64,000 bases of DNA, from the NCBI GenBank assembly GCA_016204255.1, contig JACQLA010000005.1:4339-68338 (forward strand), given 5' to 3'. The stretch comes from Candidatus Microgenomates bacterium (GTDB lineage Bacteria > Patescibacteriota > Microgenomatia > JACQLA01). Below, piece after piece: positions 61,096 to 64,000 of this stretch. Each line of letters begins with the position of its first letter. The stretch's first letter is position 1. The notes beneath the pieces are model-generated. The model saw only the letters and a program-made list of their open reading frames with translations. It did no database searches and was not told where the DNA came from. Position numbers and translations under genes: made by a program.

Positions 61096-61206
61096 AGCAT
61101 TGCCTTCAACAAAAACCTTATGAGCATAGTCGGCTAATAATCTTACTTGCTTTCTCAAGGCAGCAATCATTTCATCGCGTGAGCGGGGAATTGTCGATGA
61201 CCTCAT
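61072..61206 (-). pseudogene. 5' gene fragment (44 codons) running into the IS terminus
   Basis: Own translation: MRSSTIPRSRDEMIAALRKQVRLLADYAHKVFVEGNA|CKFSKFW*. The last 7 codons and the stop are encoded by the IS terminal repeat. SD is GAAGG. No continuation exists on the other side of the IS. Confidence 0.45.
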
Positions 61207-61447
61207 TTGTTGCCTTCTGTCTCCAGTTTCTTAGGAGCACGCGTAACAGTTAATCTATAGACTTTTGCTATTAAGAGGCCTGGGCGGAACGGTCCTCTTC
61301 TTCCTTCAGCTCTTTAAGGTGCTCGAGGATCCACATTCGCGTCAGCGTGTCGGATGGCTAGCTCCGCATTATACGTTCCCATTGGCAGCAGCCCAACGCT
61401 ATGTGGTTGAGCGGGCGCAATCTTCAGCGGTCCGCTCCAACCGCTTA

Positions 61448-62170
61448 TTAGCCAGCCTCGTGCGCATCTTTTATGAGAGATGCGATTTGATTTCTGGCAT
61501 CCAGCAACGAAGCCAATACACTGAAAGCCACAGCCTGAGCCTCCGTCGACGGCGCCTTCAAATCTGGAACCATCATAGCAATCATCCCGGCCGCATTCGC
61601 CGCGAGCACACCGGCGTCTGAATCTTCCAGGGCGACGCAACGCTGAGGCAGTACACCGAGGCGACGCGCTGCTTCGAGATAAATATCGGGGGCGGGCTTT
61701 CCATTGATTACCTGATCCCCCGTAACAACCTGCCTGAATCTGCCTTCCAACCCGGCTGCTCGCAAACTAAGGGTTGCATATTCCAAATCACTTGATGTAG
61801 CGACCGCCGTAGGAGTCGTATTTTCGTCCAGAAATGATAAGAGTTCATTCAGTCCGGGTTTCGTCGGGATACCGGAGGCTTCGACATCGGCTCGCCATAA
61901 TTCAGGCCAGCGAGCACGAAATCGGGGTAATGGGAAGTCAGCGCCATAACGCTCCAAGATCACGGTCTCGCATGCAGGAATGGGCTGGCCAAGAAGAGTA
62001 AAATAGAAATCGTCCTCGAAGGTGTAGCCACACTGGGCCGCCGCGTTCTGCCACGCCCGTTTGTAGATTGACTCGGTGTCAAGCATCAGTCCGTCCATGT
62101 CGAGGACAACTGCAGACACTCTGCGTCTTGGTATCAGCACTCGTCTCTGTTTCGCTAGCAATTGCTTCAC
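61448..62170 (-). CDS. HAD-IA family hydrolase (beta-phosphoglucomutase / phosphatase-like)
   Basis: Motif I VVLDMDGLMLDTE, motif II ATSS, and motif IV LEDSDAGVLAANAAGM. Apparent GTG start. GC-rich codon usage, unlike the rest of the window. Confidence 0.8.
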   Translation of the reverse strand: MKQLLAKQRRVLIPRRRVSAVVLDMDGLMLDTESIYKRAWQNAAAQCGYTFEDDFYFTLLGQPIPACETVILERYGADFPLPRFRARWPELWRADVEASGIPTKPGLNELLSFLDENTTPTAVATSSDLEYATLSLRAAGLEGRFRQVVTGDQVINGKPAPDIYLEAARRLGVLPQRCVALEDSDAGVLAANAAGMIAMMVPDLKAPSTEAQAVAFSVLASLLDARNQIASLIKDAHEAG

Positions 62171-62337
62171 TGGTGCAAATTATTTAGCCATATCCTACCC
62201 CTTCAGGCACTCTAGCGCAACCACAAGATGCCTGGAGACCAAGGTGTTGGAGGCCGGACACGCAGAAAGGGCCCATAATGCGGATTCTAGGAACGTCCGA
62301 ACGAAAGGAAGGCTAGGAAAGGCCCGGGTCACCTTAC

Positions 62338-62736
62338 TTACTTGCGGAAGTGCCTTATCAACGACACCCCGAACCAAACTGCGTTGAGAAGAACGCCGTA
62401 AGCGCCCGGATATATCAGGTCACTCAGGTCACCGAATTTCTGGACCTTTAGACCGAAAACTATGAAGGGGACAAACATCAGGATGGTGGCCATGGCCCTG
62501 GCGTCATCCATGGAGTCGGCGATGAGGTCAGCCACAGTACGCCCAGTGGCTCTCGGAAGAGCGGCACCCGGCTTCGGTGAGATAGTTTCCTCTACATCTT
62601 GCTCCGAAGGAATGCTCGTCAGATCTCGCTGTTTTAGTTCACCTGCTTCCTTTAGGCGTAGCCCTTCCGGGACCGTGGTGGGCTGCCGGCGGTCAGGAGA
62701 ATCATCAAACTCAAGAGTTAAGCGCTTGATAGGCAT
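62338..62736 (-). CDS. hypothetical protein with an acidic/charged N-region and two C-terminal TM helices
   Basis: ATG at 62736 lies 4 nt after the upstream stop and is preceded by AGGTG. TM segments are MATILMFVPFIVFGL and GAYGVLLNAVWFGVSLI. Confidence 0.6.
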   Translation of the reverse strand: MPIKRLTLEFDDSPDRRQPTTVPEGLRLKEAGELKQRDLTSIPSEQDVEETISPKPGAALPRATGRTVADLIADSMDDARAMATILMFVPFIVFGLKVQKFGDLSDLIYPGAYGVLLNAVWFGVSLIRHFRK

Positions 62737-62740
62737 GGCG

Positions 62741-63448
62741 TTACACACCTACCATAGCGGCCATGTTTTCAACTTTGATCCATGTTGATTGGACGGCGGC
62801 CTGTAAGAGCCGAGGGACTTCATCATGCTTTAAATCATCCGTTCGATAGAAATCTAGGTCAACGAAGAAGCCAGCCCTCTCAAACTCCTTAGAGTCGAAG
62901 CTGAAGTACCGCCGAGCTTCGTCTTTGTGAATAGGTCCTCCGGCGACACGCACGTCGAAGCCTTGGTCTTTCAACTCGATGACAAATTGCATATCAATCT
63001 GTGCCGCTCCGATGACTTCCCGCACCCTATCTGTGTAGAAGGTTTGAAAAACACTGCGGTTGATGTCTTCGAATCTCTTATCGCTGGGGACAAAAACCTT
63101 AGTGCGTGCCCCGAAACGTTCAAGAGGCGGCAGTCTGTAATGTTTATTCTTTTGGAGAGTGCGCCAAAAAGAACCGGCTCGATCAATGAAGAAGTTCCGT
63201 GTCTGAGGGTCGTAAACGAGGTAGCCAGCGCTTCTGTAACCAGCGAAGGCCCCTTCTTTCTCAACCTTGCCTGGCTTGTCGCGGAAGCTCACGACGTTCG
63301 GCTCGATATTCCAATGAGGTAGAAAGCTGCTCTCCCGAATGTAGTCGGCAACGTAACCGCGGACATCAAGGAAGCTGCCAGAAGGCGTGTATCGAACCTC
63401 CAGAATCTGCTCGGCAAGCATCAGCTTCTCGGCCTGTTTCTTCGGCAT
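62741..63448 (-). CDS. hypothetical 235-aa soluble protein (weak resemblance to TIGR04255-type uncharacterised proteins)
   Basis: SD AGGGGG and an extended -10 TGTGCTATAAT upstream. I recognise no catalytic motif, and the family guess is weak. Confidence 0.6.
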   Translation of the reverse strand: MPKKQAEKLMLAEQILEVRYTPSGSFLDVRGYVADYIRESSFLPHWNIEPNVVSFRDKPGKVEKEGAFAGYRSAGYLVYDPQTRNFFIDRAGSFWRTLQKNKHYRLPPLERFGARTKVFVPSDKRFEDINRSVFQTFYTDRVREVIGAAQIDMQFVIELKDQGFDVRVAGGPIHKDEARRYFSFDSKEFERAGFFVDLDFYRTDDLKHDEVPRLLQAAVQSTWIKVENMAAMVGV

Positions 63449-63709
63449 TGCTACCCCCTATTGACTAATGGACACCTCAACTACTTGAAGTGCTGGGGTA
63501 TTATAGCACATTTGAGTTAGCCGACCGCTAGGTATCTTGATAGGCAGCGAACTATGGGGACTTAAACGAATCTTGGCAAGAAGAATAGCGGTCAAGGGCC
63601 GATAAGGGGCGTTCCCGGAACTACGTGGGCCTATGAACTGAGGTTAGCGGTGCGAGCCCCGAGAACGACAGATGCTGAGAGGACTAGTGCTCGCAATCGT
63701 GAGAATCAG

Positions 63710-64000
63710 TTATTGCAGATGGGCCATTATGCGTGCAACAACGTTCTTTATCCCGTCTCCTGCAACTTCGTGTTCCCATACTCTAATGACGCGCCATCCG
63801 TTAGCTTCTAACAGAGTTGTCTGACGACGGTCGCGGTTGACTGTAGCCCGAATTTTCTCATCCCACCAAGCTGCGTTAGTCTTAGGGAGGAAAAAGTGAG
63901 TGTCACACCGATGCCAGAAGCAGCCGTCAATGAAGACACACAGCTTTTGGCGTGGGAAGACGAAGTCAGCCTCGCAACGTATAGCTGGCTCAGGACGACA
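63710..64000 (-). CDS. vsr: very-short-patch repair endonuclease Vsr, C-terminal part (gene runs off the right edge)
   Basis: Own translation: …ADFVFPRQKLCVFIDGCFWHRCDTHFFLPKTNAAWWDEKIRATVNRDRRQTTLLEANGWRVIRVWEHE…. This matches the classic Vsr blocks (FVDGCFWH, PKTN..FW..K, RD, GW.V.R.WEHE). Confidence 0.85.
   Translation of the reverse strand, partial: CRPEPAIRCEADFVFPRQKLCVFIDGCFWHRCDTHFFLPKTNAAWWDEKIRATVNRDRRQTTLLEANGWRVIRVWEHEVAGDGIKNVVARIMAHLQ

Noticed and set aside
61265-61640. Mutually overlapping 118-aa (+) and 108-aa (-) ORFs at and just beyond the HAD gene 3' end
   Set aside because: Long stop-free frames on both strands are expected in GC-rich DNA. Both overlap the well-supported HAD gene. 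The remaining 61207-61447 stretch contains only short interrupted frames. I translated them and found a 21-codon and a 22-codon ORF with no recognisable features.
62462-63468. Several + strand and out-of-frame ORFs (62462-62788, 62927-63322, 62971-63264, 63199-63468) in the GC-rich segment
   Set aside because: These are shadows of the two minus-strand cassette genes, which have SDs, a promoter and tight coupling. The alternatives have none of these.

Overview
AT-rich (about 35-42% GC by eye), tightly packed, mostly minus-strand bacterial contig. Gene content suggests a Candidate Phyla Radiation / Patescibacteria (Microgenomates-like) genome: there is no rpmD between rpsE and rplO, many proteins are domain-minimised, and sortase, LytR_C and TraD-like genes are present. 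The core is one colinear minus-strand block from 49099 down to 21885: rpoB-rpoC-rpsL-rpsG-fusA-tuf-rpsJ-rplCDWB-rpsS-rplV-rpsC-rplP-rpmC-rpsQ-rplNXE-rpsN-rpsH-rplFR-rpsE-rplO-secY-adk-cmk-map-infA-rpmJ-rpsM-rpsK-rpoA-rplQ-rplM-rpsI. Flanking housekeeping genes are ahcY, a PfkB kinase, miaA, a MiaB-like enzyme, SOD, an MFS transporter, a 3-gene ABC system, hup, rny, recX, recA, mnmA, mltG, an archaeal-type nucleoside/AMP phosphorylase, ruvX, sortase and alaS. RNA genes are tRNA-Pro(GGG) at 20391-20467 and an unusually long RNase P RNA at about 6819-7312. No CRISPR array, rRNA or reverse transcriptase was seen. Four things seem most worth a second look. (1) The RNase P RNA carries five near-identical hairpins and a duplicated CR-V strand. 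(2) An IS21-type element (about 59416-61095) has intact istA but only a 65-codon second ORF, and it sits exactly at an abrupt switch to GC-rich DNA (about 61.1-64.0 kb). (3) That GC-rich segment holds a promoter-equipped two-gene cassette (235-aa soluble protein plus a C-terminal 2-TM protein) next to a vsr fragment. (4) Regulatory oddities include terminator-like hairpins directly before rplC and fusA, several 'extended -10, 6 nt, ATG' leaderless-looking genes, and a 6-codon uORF coupled to mnmA. All family assignments come from reading the translations. No database search or computation was run.
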